Source of the DNA: an uncultured Pelagibacteraceae bacterium
GTDB taxonomy: Bacteria; Pseudomonadota; Alphaproteobacteria; Pelagibacterales; Pelagibacteraceae
Assembly (NCBI GenBank): GCA_902555435.1
Contig: CACDRL010000001.1
Location: 3,758 to 67,757, forward strand
Direction: 5' to 3'
Length of the DNA: 64,000 nucleotides
The first letter of the stretch is position 1, and the number at the start of each line of letters is the position of its first letter. Under the pieces are notes generated by a model, which had not been told where the DNA came from, ran no database searches, and was given only the letters and a program-made list of their open reading frames with translations. Made by a program: the position numbers and the translations under genes. Positions 1 through 9,364 of the stretch are shown here, piece by piece.

Positions 1-273
1 AGTGTAAGCTTCTTGGTTTGGTAACCAAATATCAGGGTGAACATCAATCTCACCTTTTCCTCTGTCAATTGCAGCATAAATTGCAGTATTGTTTCCAGGA
101 ACTAGTTCTGCTTCACCACCCATTTTGTCTATAACTACTGCAGCAAGTAAATTTGCAATTGCAGTTGCACCTGTCCAACCTGGATCTCCAATTTTAACTT
201 TTTCTGCGTTTGCAGAGAAAATTGATAAAATAGAAATTAATCCAGCTACAAGTGTAGTTTTGATTATTTTCAT
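1..273 (-). CDS. Glycine betaine/proline-type ABC transporter substrate-binding protein (ProX/OpuAC family), 5' part only, runs off the left edge
   Basis: Not in the ORF track. Manual translation from ATG at 273 (GGAG SD upstream): MKIIKTTLVAGLISILSIFSANAEKVKIGDPGWTGATAIANLLAAVVIDKMGGEAELVPG...GEIDVHPDIWLPN, a signal peptide plus OpuAC-like N-terminus. Confidence 0.8.
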   Translation of the reverse strand, partial: MKIIKTTLVAGLISILSIFSANAEKVKIGDPGWTGATAIANLLAAVVIDKMGGEAELVPGNNTAIYAAIDRGKGEIDVHPDIWLPNQEAYT

Positions 274-351
274 TTACTCTCCTTATTATTTAAAAATAAA
301 GTCTAACGCGAATTGAGATAATGAGTCAAAGAAAATCAGATACTAAAATGA

Positions 352-1125
352 TTAAATATTTTTAATAAATTCTATAATATTTTTTGATACTTCACGTGGT
401 GCCTCAATAAGAAATGAATGCTTATATTTGGGTAAAATAACTAATTTTGAATTTTTTATCTCTTTTGCCATTTTTTTATTATGTTCAGGGCTACAACCGC
501 CATCATTTTCTCCTGTCATTAACAAACATGGTGTAGTTAATTTTTTTAGCCATGAAATCATTTCCGTATTTGCATAAATTTTAAAAACGTTAAGAAAAAC
601 CTCTGGGTCTGTATCAATAACTTGTTTTAATCTGTTATTTACTAAATCAGGATTTGTTTTTATAAAGTCATCAGTAAACCATCTAGAAGTAAGATTTTGA
701 AGTGTATGTTCAATTCCAGTGCTTTCCATCTCATTAATTATTTTTAACACCTTATTTTTATCTTCTTGAGATCGACCAGCAACTGTAGAAAGTAAACCAA
801 CTGATAATACTCTATTAGGAAAATTTATTGCATAAGCAGGTGCTATCATGCCCCCTAATGAGTGACCCATAAAATGAGCTTTTTCGATATTTGTTTTTTC
901 TCTTATTTTTTCTAGGTCTAAAACTAAATCCTCTAAAGTAAAATTTTTATTTGTAACAGGCGAATTCCCATGACCTCTTAGGTCATATGTAACAACTGTA
1001 AAATATTTTGATAGTTCGGATATCATGAAACGCCAAGCATTCTTGGCCGCTCCTATTCCATGAGTTAAAAATAAAGCAGGTCCTGATCCTTGGACAGAAA
1101 AATCACAATCAATTGCATTAGACAT
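352..1125 (-). CDS. Alpha/beta hydrolase (PcaD/TgnD-like)
   Basis: HGIG oxyanion motif, GHSLGG nucleophile elbow, TGEND acid, C-terminal His; 257 aa. Confidence 0.85.
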   Translation of the reverse strand: MSNAIDCDFSVQGSGPALFLTHGIGAAKNAWRFMISELSKYFTVVTYDLRGHGNSPVTNKNFTLEDLVLDLEKIREKTNIEKAHFMGHSLGGMIAPAYAINFPNRVLSVGLLSTVAGRSQEDKNKVLKIINEMESTGIEHTLQNLTSRWFTDDFIKTNPDLVNNRLKQVIDTDPEVFLNVFKIYANTEMISWLKKLTTPCLLMTGENDGGCSPEHNKKMAKEIKNSKLVILPKYKHSFLIEAPREVSKNIIEFIKNI

Positions 1126-1131
1126 TTGATA

Positions 1132-2166
1132 TTAAGCAACTTGATATTTTAAATTTTTAAAATATGGGATTATCTCTTCACTTATTTTATGCATTGACTC
1201 TATAATTTCATTTTGTTCCTGACCAAAACTTGAACTAATTATAAATTCATCTACTCCAGACTCTGCATAAATACTCAACTTATCAATTAATTCATTTATA
1301 GTGCATATAAGTAAATTTTCTTTCATTTCTTCAAAACTTTGTTTTCTAGGTAATGGCACAATATTTCCACTTTTAACTTTACCAGGGCCAGTAAACATAT
1401 TATCAAATCTTTTATAATATTCGTAAGCAAGTCTATTTTTTTTTTCTACATCATCCTGATCTTTTGCAACAAACATCATTCTTTGCATCGAAAGTTTTAA
1501 TAATTTCCCTTTTTCACCTAATTCTTCACATCCTTCTTTAAAAGCATTAACTCTCTCCATTAAAAGTTCTTTAGTGCCTGATAGAACAGTGGACTGCACA
1601 TGAAAACCTCTTGATGCTGCATTTTTTATGCTTTTAGGATCCATTGCAGCTATCATTATAGGGACAGGTTGAGTAATAGGTCTTGGCATAATTGTTAATG
1701 CATCAAAATTATAATATTTACCTTTATAAGAAACTTCTTCCTCAGCTAACAACTTTTGAAGCACTTCCAATGATTCAATAAATTTTTCTTTTGATTTTTC
1801 TATAGGTGTGCCTAATCTTTCCATTTCCCATGGGAAAGCACCTCTAGCTACTCCTAAGATTAGTCTTCCATCTGTCAAGATGTCGGCTGTTGAAACTTCT
1901 CCAGCATATGTTCTCATATCATGCAAAGGTAAAACTGCTACGCTTGTTGATACTGAAATATTTTTTGTTAAAGCAGCAATTTTGACAGCCATCTGCAATG
2001 GTGATGGCATCATAAGTAAATTTATTAAATGATGTTCGGGGATAGAAACAGTTTTATAACCAAGTTTTTCAGCTAATATTGATTGCTCAATCATATTTTG
2101 AAAATGTATTTTTGATCCAATATTTGGATCTGGCATATAACTTGTTAAGAAATGATTAAAATCCAT
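1132..2166 (-). CDS. LLM-class (luciferase-like) flavin-dependent monooxygenase
   Basis: PEHH motif, DILTDGRLILGVARG signature; 344 aa. Confidence 0.9.
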   Translation of the reverse strand: MDFNHFLTSYMPDPNIGSKIHFQNMIEQSILAEKLGYKTVSIPEHHLINLLMMPSPLQMAVKIAALTKNISVSTSVAVLPLHDMRTYAGEVSTADILTDGRLILGVARGAFPWEMERLGTPIEKSKEKFIESLEVLQKLLAEEEVSYKGKYYNFDALTIMPRPITQPVPIMIAAMDPKSIKNAASRGFHVQSTVLSGTKELLMERVNAFKEGCEELGEKGKLLKLSMQRMMFVAKDQDDVEKKNRLAYEYYKRFDNMFTGPGKVKSGNIVPLPRKQSFEEMKENLLICTINELIDKLSIYAESGVDEFIISSSFGQEQNEIIESMHKISEEIIPYFKNLKYQVA

Positions 2167-2249
2167 TTTAAAATTATATACTTATAAATAATTAATCCAA
2201 ATAATATTTATTTCGATATTTAAAAACTACAAAAATTTATTAATTTCAA

Positions 2250-2660
2250 TTATTTTGGATTCGCTGTGAGTGTCTTTATCTCTAATATGTTTTCATTTGG
2301 ATCTTTTACAAAAAATGTTTCTTGCTCGTATTTTGTACCTTTAAATCTCAAATAAGGTTCGTCATAATATTTTGTACCACTATCTTTTAATCTTTGTTTA
2401 AGAGCATCAAAATCTTTTCTAGATAGATGTACGCCAAAATGTGGGACAGATACATTGCCCATGTCAACGTCATGTCTTTCGTTATCGAGTTTATGATCAC
2501 TTTTATGAAGAGTTAATTCATTTCCCCAAAAATCAACATCAGCCCATTCCTGTGCTGAGTTATCTAACCTGCATCCTAAGGTCTCACTATAAAACTTCTT
2601 GGCTATCTCTAAATCTCCACAAGGTATAGCTAAATGAAAACAATTTGTATTCTTATACAT
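2250..2660 (-). CDS. VOC/glyoxalase family protein
   Basis: [33 protein letters not shown] metal-binding pattern. Confidence 0.85.
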   Translation of the reverse strand: MYKNTNCFHLAIPCGDLEIAKKFYSETLGCRLDNSAQEWADVDFWGNELTLHKSDHKLDNERHDVDMGNVSVPHFGVHLSRKDFDALKQRLKDSGTKYYDEPYLRFKGTKYEQETFFVKDPNENILEIKTLTANPK

Positions 2661-2742
2661 TTCAACCCTCTTTAAATTGCGTATTTTATTACTATATAAG
2701 GCATGTAATTTTTTTTATCAACCGCAACAAATTAAAAGAAAT

Positions 2743-3327
2743 ATGAGTGATTTTTTACAATCAATAATTGATAGAGACCCTGCTGCTAAATCAAAACTAA
2801 GTCTAATTTTAACTTATCCAGGTGTTAAAGCGGTATTCCTTCACAGAATAGCTAATTTTTTTAGTACAGCTAAATTTTATTTGATTGCAAGAATCATTTC
2901 ACAATTCTCAAGATTCTTAACAGGAATAGAAATTCATCCAAATGCAAAAATTGGAAAAAATTTATTTATTGATCACGGTATGGGAGTAGTAATTGGAGAA
3001 ACATCTGAAATTGGTGATAACGTAACTATTTATCATATGGTTACATTGGGTGGAATTGCTCCAAGTATAAATTCAAATGACCAGCGTAATATGAAAAGAC
3101 ATCCGACTATAAAAGAAGATGTGGTTATCGGATCTGGAGCGCAAGTTTTAGGGCCTGTTACTGTAGGTAGAGGCGCAAGAATTGGTGCAAATGCAGTTAT
3201 AACAAAAGATGTTCCTGAAAATTCTGTTATGGTTGGAATTCCAGCAAGAAGTGTTGGCATTGCTGATAGTGAATTTAAACCTTACGGAATAACACCTGAT
3301 AGTGATAAAAAACTAGATGATGAATAA
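2743..3327 (+). CDS. cysE: Serine O-acetyltransferase
   Basis: [34 protein letters not shown] hexapeptide region; start moved from 2677 to ATG 2743 where family similarity begins. Confidence 0.93.
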   Translation: MSDFLQSIIDRDPAAKSKLSLILTYPGVKAVFLHRIANFFSTAKFYLIARIISQFSRFLTGIEIHPNAKIGKNLFIDHGMGVVIGETSEIGDNVTIYHMVTLGGIAPSINSNDQRNMKRHPTIKEDVVIGSGAQVLGPVTVGRGARIGANAVITKDVPENSVMVGIPARSVGIADSEFKPYGITPDSDKKLDDE

Positions 3328-4321
3328 TACTCAAAACGACTTTATTTCAGGAATAGGAAATACTCCACTAATTAAATTAAGAGCTGCCTCTGAAATTACA
3401 GGATGTAATATTTATGGAAAAGCAGAATTTTTAAATCCTGGTGGATCAGTTAAGGATAGAGCTGCTCTTGCATTAATTAAAGATGCACAAGACAAAAAAC
3501 TAATTACTAAAGGTGGAACAGTTGTTGAAGGTACTGCTGGCAATACTGGAATTGGTTTAGGTCTATTGGGGAATTCTTTGGGTTATAAAACAATTATTGT
3601 AATGAATGACAATCAAACTCAGGAGAAAAAAGATTTACTTAGAAATCTTGGAGCTGAACTAAGACTAGTTCCACCTAAGCCTTATAAAGATGACAACAAT
3701 TTTGTTAAAGTTGCCGCAAGACTGGCGGATGAGTTAAGACCAACAAATAATAACGGTGTAATTTGGGCTAACCAGTTTGATAATACAGCAAATGCTAAAG
3801 GTCATTATGAAGGGACAGGACAAGAAATTTGGGAACAAACTGAAGGTAAAATAGATGGTTTTGTCTGCTCTTCTGGAACTGGAGGAACTATTTCTGGTGT
3901 AAGTAATGCTCTTAAAGAAAAGAACAAAGATATAAAAATTTATTTATCAGATCCAAAAGGATCAGCTCTCTATAACTATATCAAGAATGGTGAACTTAAG
4001 TCAGAAGGTGGTTCAATTACTGAAGGAATTGGATCAAGTAGAGTAACAGCTAACTTTGGTGAAGCTAAAATTGATGATGCCTACTCTATTGATGATCATG
4101 AAGCTCTACCTATTCTTTATGATCTTATTCAAAATGAAGGATTAAGTTTAGGAACTAGTTGTGGAATAAATATTGCAGGAGCTATTAGAATGGGAAAAGA
4201 ATTAGGACCTGGAAAAACCATCGTGACCATTCTTTGTGACAGAAGTGATAAATACGCAACTAAAATGTTCAATAAAAAATTCTTAGAGGAAAAAGGTTTA
4301 CCAATTCCTAAATGGTTTTAG
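3317..4321 (+). CDS. cysK: Cysteine synthase (PLP-dependent O-acetylserine sulfhydrylase)
   Basis: [21 protein letters not shown]-lysine motif, [13 protein letters not shown]; overlaps the end of cysE. Confidence 0.93.
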   Translation: MMNNTQNDFISGIGNTPLIKLRAASEITGCNIYGKAEFLNPGGSVKDRAALALIKDAQDKKLITKGGTVVEGTAGNTGIGLGLLGNSLGYKTIIVMNDNQTQEKKDLLRNLGAELRLVPPKPYKDDNNFVKVAARLADELRPTNNNGVIWANQFDNTANAKGHYEGTGQEIWEQTEGKIDGFVCSSGTGGTISGVSNALKEKNKDIKIYLSDPKGSALYNYIKNGELKSEGGSITEGIGSSRVTANFGEAKIDDAYSIDDHEALPILYDLIQNEGLSLGTSCGINIAGAIRMGKELGPGKTIVTILCDRSDKYATKMFNKKFLEEKGLPIPKWF

Positions 4322-4734
4322 ATATAAATCTTGTCTGCTAATCCGTAACAAAGGATTGCACTTAACAAAGTTAAAATACCTGGCGCAATAATTCCTTCAT
4401 TAGATGTTTGTGGAGTATGACCTAACTTATTTATTTTAATTGTATAAATCCCCACACAAAAAGCTGAAAGATTTTGTAAAAATACTAAATTAAAAAATGC
4501 CCATGTTCCTTGAAGCCCATCAGGTCTAATAAAGCCAACCCATATTGCCATTACAACAGCACCTATAAATAAAGAACCAAAAAATCTTGTCATTCCTGCA
4601 CCAGTGTCATCGATACCAAATTTATCTAAAAATTTCTTCGTAGCGAAAACTGTCTGATATGCGTAAACAGCAAAAATCACAAAATGTACTAAAAATACAA
4701 TTAAATAAAAAATTCCATTAAATTTTTCAATCAT
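4318..4734 (-). CDS. Hypothetical membrane protein (about 4 TM)
   Basis: 138 aa with several hydrophobic segments; convergent overlap with cysK stop. Confidence 0.7.
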   Translation of the reverse strand: MIEKFNGIFYLIVFLVHFVIFAVYAYQTVFATKKFLDKFGIDDTGAGMTRFFGSLFIGAVVMAIWVGFIRPDGLQGTWAFFNLVFLQNLSAFCVGIYTIKINKLGHTPQTSNEGIIAPGILTLLSAILCYGLADKIYI

Positions 4735-4913
4735 TGTTAAACGTTATCAAAAATTAAAATTAAATAAAACAATTAATTCAACGAGTTTTACAGTCTAAAA
4801 CTGCATATCTGTCGCGCGATATAAACACAAGAGACTCCGCAATAAAAATGTAACATTCTTCACTTATAGTTCAATTATTCGGAAAGGAATATTAACAAAA
4901 AAAGGAGAAAAAA

Positions 4914-5195
4914 ATGAAAGATATATTGGTAGTAGGAAAACTAAAAGAAGGAGCCTTTGAAAAATTTATGGGCTTTATGCAATCAGATGAAGGTATGGCT
5001 GAAAGAAAAAAAGTAGCAGATGTTACTAAAACAATAGCCAGTGTCTCACCTGATAAATCAACAGTAATGTTTAAAATTGTAGTTCATGACATGGCAGCAC
5101 TTCATTCATTTATGGATGGATCAAATCCAGTTTCAAAACCTGTATTTGATGAAGTTATGGATGGTTATGAAATATACGAATTAGCTAAAGTTTAA
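4914..5195 (+). CDS. Small hypothetical protein (possible dimeric alpha/beta barrel)
   Basis: 93 aa, strong AAGGAG SD; fold is a guess from residue pattern. Confidence 0.7.
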   Translation: MKDILVVGKLKEGAFEKFMGFMQSDEGMAERKKVADVTKTIASVSPDKSTVMFKIVVHDMAALHSFMDGSNPVSKPVFDEVMDGYEIYELAKV

Positions 5196-5267
5196 AAAGA
5201 ACAGAGACTCCACATGTTGGATTTTCTCTGCTAGACTTTGTAATTAAATTATAATTAACGAGGAGGA

Positions 5268-5621
5268 ATGATGGCTGGGATAGAAGTAAAAAGTTTTGAT
5301 AAAGCAGATGAAGTGAATGATAATTTTAATAATGCAAAAATTGAAGCAGTCAAAGTCGGAAACCAAAGATTGATGAAGCTTACTTTGCAACCTGGTTGGC
5401 AATGGTCGAAAGATATAAAACCAACGGTTGGTGGTGATAGCTGTCAAGCAACACATCTAGGTATTATAATTTCTGGAGCTGTTTGTGCAAAACATAATGA
5501 CGGAACTGAACTAACTTATAAAGCTGGAGATGCATATTCAATCCAACCTGGACATGATGGATGGGTTGTAGGAGATAAGCCAGCAGTAGTATATGAATTT
5601 CATGGAATGTGGGGAGAATAA
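5268..5621 (+). CDS. Cupin domain protein
   Basis: CQATHLG and PGHDGWVVG cupin motifs; GAGGAGG SD. Confidence 0.85.
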   Translation: MMAGIEVKSFDKADEVNDNFNNAKIEAVKVGNQRLMKLTLQPGWQWSKDIKPTVGGDSCQATHLGIIISGAVCAKHNDGTELTYKAGDAYSIQPGHDGWVVGDKPAVVYEFHGMWGE

Positions 5622-5944
5622 TGTCTAAATTTTATGTAATTGGAAAGGCAAGTCCTGAGTTATTAAAAAAAATGCATGCTGACCCTACCGCAGATAGAGG
5701 TGCAGTAATGAAATCGATGTGTGATAGCTTAGGAGTAAAAGCTATAAGTTACGAATGGTTAAGAGGGCGTTTTGATGTTCTTTTCTGTGTTGAAGGAGAT
5801 TATGAAAGTGTTCTTGCTATGAAAGTAACTGTTCTAAATAGTGGAATGATGTCGGACCTGATGGTTCATGAAGTATTTGATTACAACAGTGCTTTTAAAA
5901 AAGCAGCTGATGTGTCAAAAAGTTATAAAAAACCAGGTGAATAA
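5621..5944 (+). CDS. GYD domain-like protein
   Basis: GRFD corresponds to the G.YD motif; start moved to ATG 5621 (TAATG coupling with cupin, GGGGAG SD). Confidence 0.7.
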   Translation: MSKFYVIGKASPELLKKMHADPTADRGAVMKSMCDSLGVKAISYEWLRGRFDVLFCVEGDYESVLAMKVTVLNSGMMSDLMVHEVFDYNSAFKKAADVSKSYKKPGE

Positions 5945-5959
5945 ATAGAAAGGAACAAT

Positions 5960-6280
5960 ATGTCTATATTAGAAAAATATAGTGCTGCAATAAAAAATAA
6001 AGATGAAGCAGTGATGAATGATCTTTTGCATGATGATTTTAAATTCACAATGCATAAGTCAGGGAATGTTTTGGGTAAAGGTGATGTTATCAAATGGGCA
6101 ATGAGCGGCGACATTAATCAAGATAAAGTAAGAGTTGTTTATGAAAATGACGAAGTTGGTGTTCATCATTCATTTGTTACTTTTGATGATGGAAATGTAG
6201 AGGCGGTAATGGCAGTTTATAAATATGACAACGGAAAAATTGTTAGTTTAGAAACTGGTGCTACACCAATGCCAAAATAA
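5960..6280 (+). CDS. NTF2/SnoaL-like protein
   Basis: LLHDDF.F, YENDEVGV.H, terminal KIVSLETG pattern; AAGGA SD. Confidence 0.75.
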   Translation: MSILEKYSAAIKNKDEAVMNDLLHDDFKFTMHKSGNVLGKGDVIKWAMSGDINQDKVRVVYENDEVGVHHSFVTFDDGNVEAVMAVYKYDNGKIVSLETGATPMPK

Positions 6281-6871
6281 GTGAGTGAAATTGATTTTTA
6301 TTTTTCGATAGGAAGCACATATACCTATCTATCCGTAACTAGAATACTTGATGTTGAAAAACAACATCAAGTAAAATTCAACTGGAAACCTTTTTCAGTA
6401 AGAGCAATCATGAAAGAGATGAACAATATTCCTTTTCCAAAGGATAAAATGAATAAAGTCAATTACATGTGGAGAGATATTGAAAGAAGAGCTGAGGGTT
6501 ACGGTTTTTTTGCCAAAACACCAGTACCCTATCCATTATCAGAATTTGATTTAGCAAATCAAATTGCAATTCTTGGATTTAAAGAAGGCTGGGGAGAAAA
6601 ATTTGTAATGTTGACTTATAAAAAATGGTTCCAGGAGGGTAAAGAGCCTGCAATTGATCCTAGCATTTCTGAAGTTTGTACTGAATTAAATTTAAATAAA
6701 GATGACATAATATCTAAAGCAAAGTCAGAAATTATAGAGGCACAATATAATGAAAACACAAATTCAGCTCGTGAAAATAAAATTTTTGGCAGTCCATCTT
6801 TTATAGTGAAAAATGAAGTCTTCTGGGGAGATGATCGAATGGAAGATGCCATTAAATGGTCTCTTAAATAA
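6281..6871 (+). CDS. DsbA-family 2-hydroxychromene-2-carboxylate isomerase / GST-kappa-like protein
   Basis: IDFYFSIGSTYTY, YMWRDIERRA, IFGSPSF...FWGDDR; GTG start directly after previous stop. Confidence 0.88.
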   Translation: MSEIDFYFSIGSTYTYLSVTRILDVEKQHQVKFNWKPFSVRAIMKEMNNIPFPKDKMNKVNYMWRDIERRAEGYGFFAKTPVPYPLSEFDLANQIAILGFKEGWGEKFVMLTYKKWFQEGKEPAIDPSISEVCTELNLNKDDIISKAKSEIIEAQYNENTNSARENKIFGSPSFIVKNEVFWGDDRMEDAIKWSLK

Positions 6872-6909
6872 TTATATATATTCTAATTAAATTCATTTAA
6901 AGTCACTGT

Positions 6910-7242
6910 ATGAGTCTTGCTAGTTCATATCTTTTTTTAGCTGTTGCAGTATTTTTAGGGGTTACTTCAAACAGTTTTGCAAAAAGTGCTGAAGGATTTA
7001 CACTTCTTGTTCCAAGTATAATTACAGCAATTACAATTGTTTTGTGCATGTATGCACTTTCATTAGTGATGAAAAATATTCCAATGGGTATCACTTATGC
7101 TTCATTCGCAGGATTAACAATTATTGCAACAGTTATAGTTGGTATAATTAAATATAACCAAGTTCCCAATCTTTATTCTATGATTGGATTAGCATTTATA
7201 ATTATTGGAGTTTTAATGGTTAATTTGTTAGGTAATAAATAA
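6910..7242 (+). CDS. SMR/DMT-family small multidrug transporter paralog 1
   Basis: 110 aa, 4 TM, EGFT loop, PMGITYA..AG, IG...II.GV; Gly at the usual Glu14 position. Confidence 0.85.
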   Translation: MSLASSYLFLAVAVFLGVTSNSFAKSAEGFTLLVPSIITAITIVLCMYALSLVMKNIPMGITYASFAGLTIIATVIVGIIKYNQVPNLYSMIGLAFIIIGVLMVNLLGNK

Positions 7243-7243
7243 T

Positions 7244-7579
7244 ATGAAGCCTTTGTTAGGATACTTATTTTTAGCTAACGGTATAATTTTTGGTATCGCA
7301 TCAAATAGTTTTGCTAAAATTTCTGAGGGATTCACAAAATTAACTCCTTCTGTTTTATGTATTTTATTTATGTGTATTACAATGTTTTCAATTGCAAAAG
7401 CTATGTCTGCACTTCCAGTTGGGTTTGCCTACTCAACTTATAGCGGTTTGACAGTAACAGGTGTTGTTCTTTTTGCTGTTTTAAAATTTAATCAAGTGCC
7501 TAATATTTATGGAACTATAGGAATTATTTTAATTATTATTGGTGTAGTAATGGTTAATTATCTTGGACGACTAAACTGA
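7244..7579 (+). CDS. SMR/DMT-family small multidrug transporter paralog 2
   Basis: 111 aa, 4 TM, SEGFTK, LPVGFAYS.YSG; Gly at the usual Glu14 position. Confidence 0.85.
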   Translation: MKPLLGYLFLANGIIFGIASNSFAKISEGFTKLTPSVLCILFMCITMFSIAKAMSALPVGFAYSTYSGLTVTGVVLFAVLKFNQVPNIYGTIGIILIIIGVVMVNYLGRLN

Positions 7580-7929
7580 TACTTTTTTAATATCTCAGGA
7601 AGCTGATGGCTTCCGTCTTCATTTAATGGCAAGTCATATTCATTCACAACGGTGGTAGTATCTAAAGATGAATACAAATGGGGATACATATCTCCATTAG
7701 ATGCCTGCTCCCATAATAAATGTTCAAGTTTAAAAGCATTTACTCTCAATAAAACTAGGTTTTCTTTTTTTGGATAATATTTTTTTAATGTTTCCTCAAC
7801 CTGATCCTCCTCTGAAAAATGAATATATCCATCTTTAAGATCTTTTTCAGATCCACCATAAGTCCCAGATTGTTTGGCTTTTTGCCATTCTTCTTTATCT
7901 ATTACTTTGAAAATAAATTCTAAATTCAT
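7558..7929 (-). CDS. DUF952 domain protein
   Basis: DLKDGYIHFS, YPHLY motifs. Confidence 0.85.
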   Translation of the reverse strand: MNLEFIFKVIDKEEWQKAKQSGTYGGSEKDLKDGYIHFSEEDQVEETLKKYYPKKENLVLLRVNAFKLEHLLWEQASNGDMYPHLYSSLDTTTVVNEYDLPLNEDGSHQLPEILKKYQFSRPR

Positions 7930-7930
7930 T

Positions 7931-8494
7931 TTACCAAGAAGAGTTTGGTCCTTTTAAAAATTCTAGTTCTTCTTCGGTAGATTCTCTTCCTAAAATTTCG
8001 TTTCTATGTGGATATCTGTGAAATTGTCTAATTGCTTTTGTATGATCTTGCCAAAATTTTTTTATTTCGTTGTAACCATCGTGCTCTCTTAAATATTTAT
8101 TTAATAAATAATATGCCATCTCATGATCGCTTATTTCTTCACTGTGAATTAAAGGTAACAACATAAAAAATCTTTGATTTACATTCATAGCTTCTAAATA
8201 ACCTGAATAAACTGCATCATTTACAATCAATCTGGTTTTTTGATCTTGTGCGAACGCCTTTTTGTCATTTCTAAACATATTTCGTGAAAACTGATCAAAC
8301 AAAATAACTAGTGCTAAACAACTCATAGGATTATCTTGCCAATCATCATATTCATTTTGACAAGCAAGTTCATAATCTTTCAAAAAATTATTTTTAATTT
8401 TTTTATCAAAATTTTCATCTTTTTTAAAACGCATTTCAGAAGGAGTTTCTTTAAACCAGAAATCTAAAATTGTTTGCGCTCTTTCTGGTATCAT
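7931..8494 (-). CDS. DUF924 family protein
   Basis: ILDFWF, LFDQFSRNMFR, F.RYPHRNEILGREST.EE. Confidence 0.9.
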   Translation of the reverse strand: MIPERAQTILDFWFKETPSEMRFKKDENFDKKIKNNFLKDYELACQNEYDDWQDNPMSCLALVILFDQFSRNMFRNDKKAFAQDQKTRLIVNDAVYSGYLEAMNVNQRFFMLLPLIHSEEISDHEMAYYLLNKYLREHDGYNEIKKFWQDHTKAIRQFHRYPHRNEILGRESTEEELEFLKGPNSSW

Positions 8495-9297
8495 TCAGCT
8501 AAAGGCTTTAATAGTTTTAATATTTGTTTATGATTTGTTTTATTATTTGAGACAATAATATTTCCTCCTACCACAGGATTTTTATTTCCCCATGTAGTTA
8601 CTATAGCACCACTTGCTCTCACTATTGGCATAATCGGATGGATATCCCAAATTTTGTTTGCACATTGCGCAACCATTTCAAGTCTACCTTCAGCTAGTTG
8701 ACAATATGTTAAAGCATCAAAACATGGAAATTGCATTCGTTTTATAAATTTTTGAATTTTAGATTGTTGTTTTAGAGTTAATTGATTGTGAAATGCTGCA
8801 GCTAATTTTGCATTAGCAAAATTTAATTTAGAATTAACCTTTAGTTTTCTTTTTTTATTATTTTCAAAAACGTATGCAGTATTTTTATTTACATTTAAAT
8901 AATATTTTTTCATTTTAGGAAAATTTGCTAATCCTAAAATTGGTTCCCCATCATAATTTAATGAAATCAAATTACTCCAACTAGGATTGCCTACAACATA
9001 TGATCTGGTTCCATCAATTGGGTCGATTACCCATGAAAACTCACTTTTAGTAAGTTTATGACCATACTCCTCACCAATGATCTGGTGGTTTGGAAATTTT
9101 TTTGAAATTTTAGACCTTATAAATTTTTCAAATGCTTTATCAGATGTAGTTACTGGATCATATCCTTTACCTTTCATCTTGTTGGTTATCTTGAATGGTT
9201 TATCTAATTTGGCGTAGTAAAATTTTGTTAAATCTTTAGCAAGTTGATTTAAAAAGCTTGCATATATTGGATATTTTTTTGAATCAAATTTTTTCAC
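8491..9297 (-). CDS. hisN: Inositol monophosphatase family protein, probably histidinol-phosphatase
   Basis: DPVT..D, IIGEE, WVIDPIDGT, WDI; alphaproteobacterial HisN type. Confidence 0.7.
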   Translation of the reverse strand: MKKFDSKKYPIYASFLNQLAKDLTKFYYAKLDKPFKITNKMKGKGYDPVTTSDKAFEKFIRSKISKKFPNHQIIGEEYGHKLTKSEFSWVIDPIDGTRSYVVGNPSWSNLISLNYDGEPILGLANFPKMKKYYLNVNKNTAYVFENNKKRKLKVNSKLNFANAKLAAAFHNQLTLKQQSKIQKFIKRMQFPCFDALTYCQLAEGRLEMVAQCANKIWDIHPIMPIVRASGAIVTTWGNKNPVVGGNIIVSNNKTNHKQILKLLKPLAE

Positions 9298-9364
9298 ATT
9301 GAACTCTTACTATTTAATTTATGTTGATTAAAGTTAAATTTTAAATAATCCTTACCTTTGTATT

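Noticed and set aside
5268-5621. Cupin as DMSP lyase DddK/DddW
   Set aside because: Lacks the HxHxxxE cupin-1 pattern of those lyases; its motifs belong to a different cupin family
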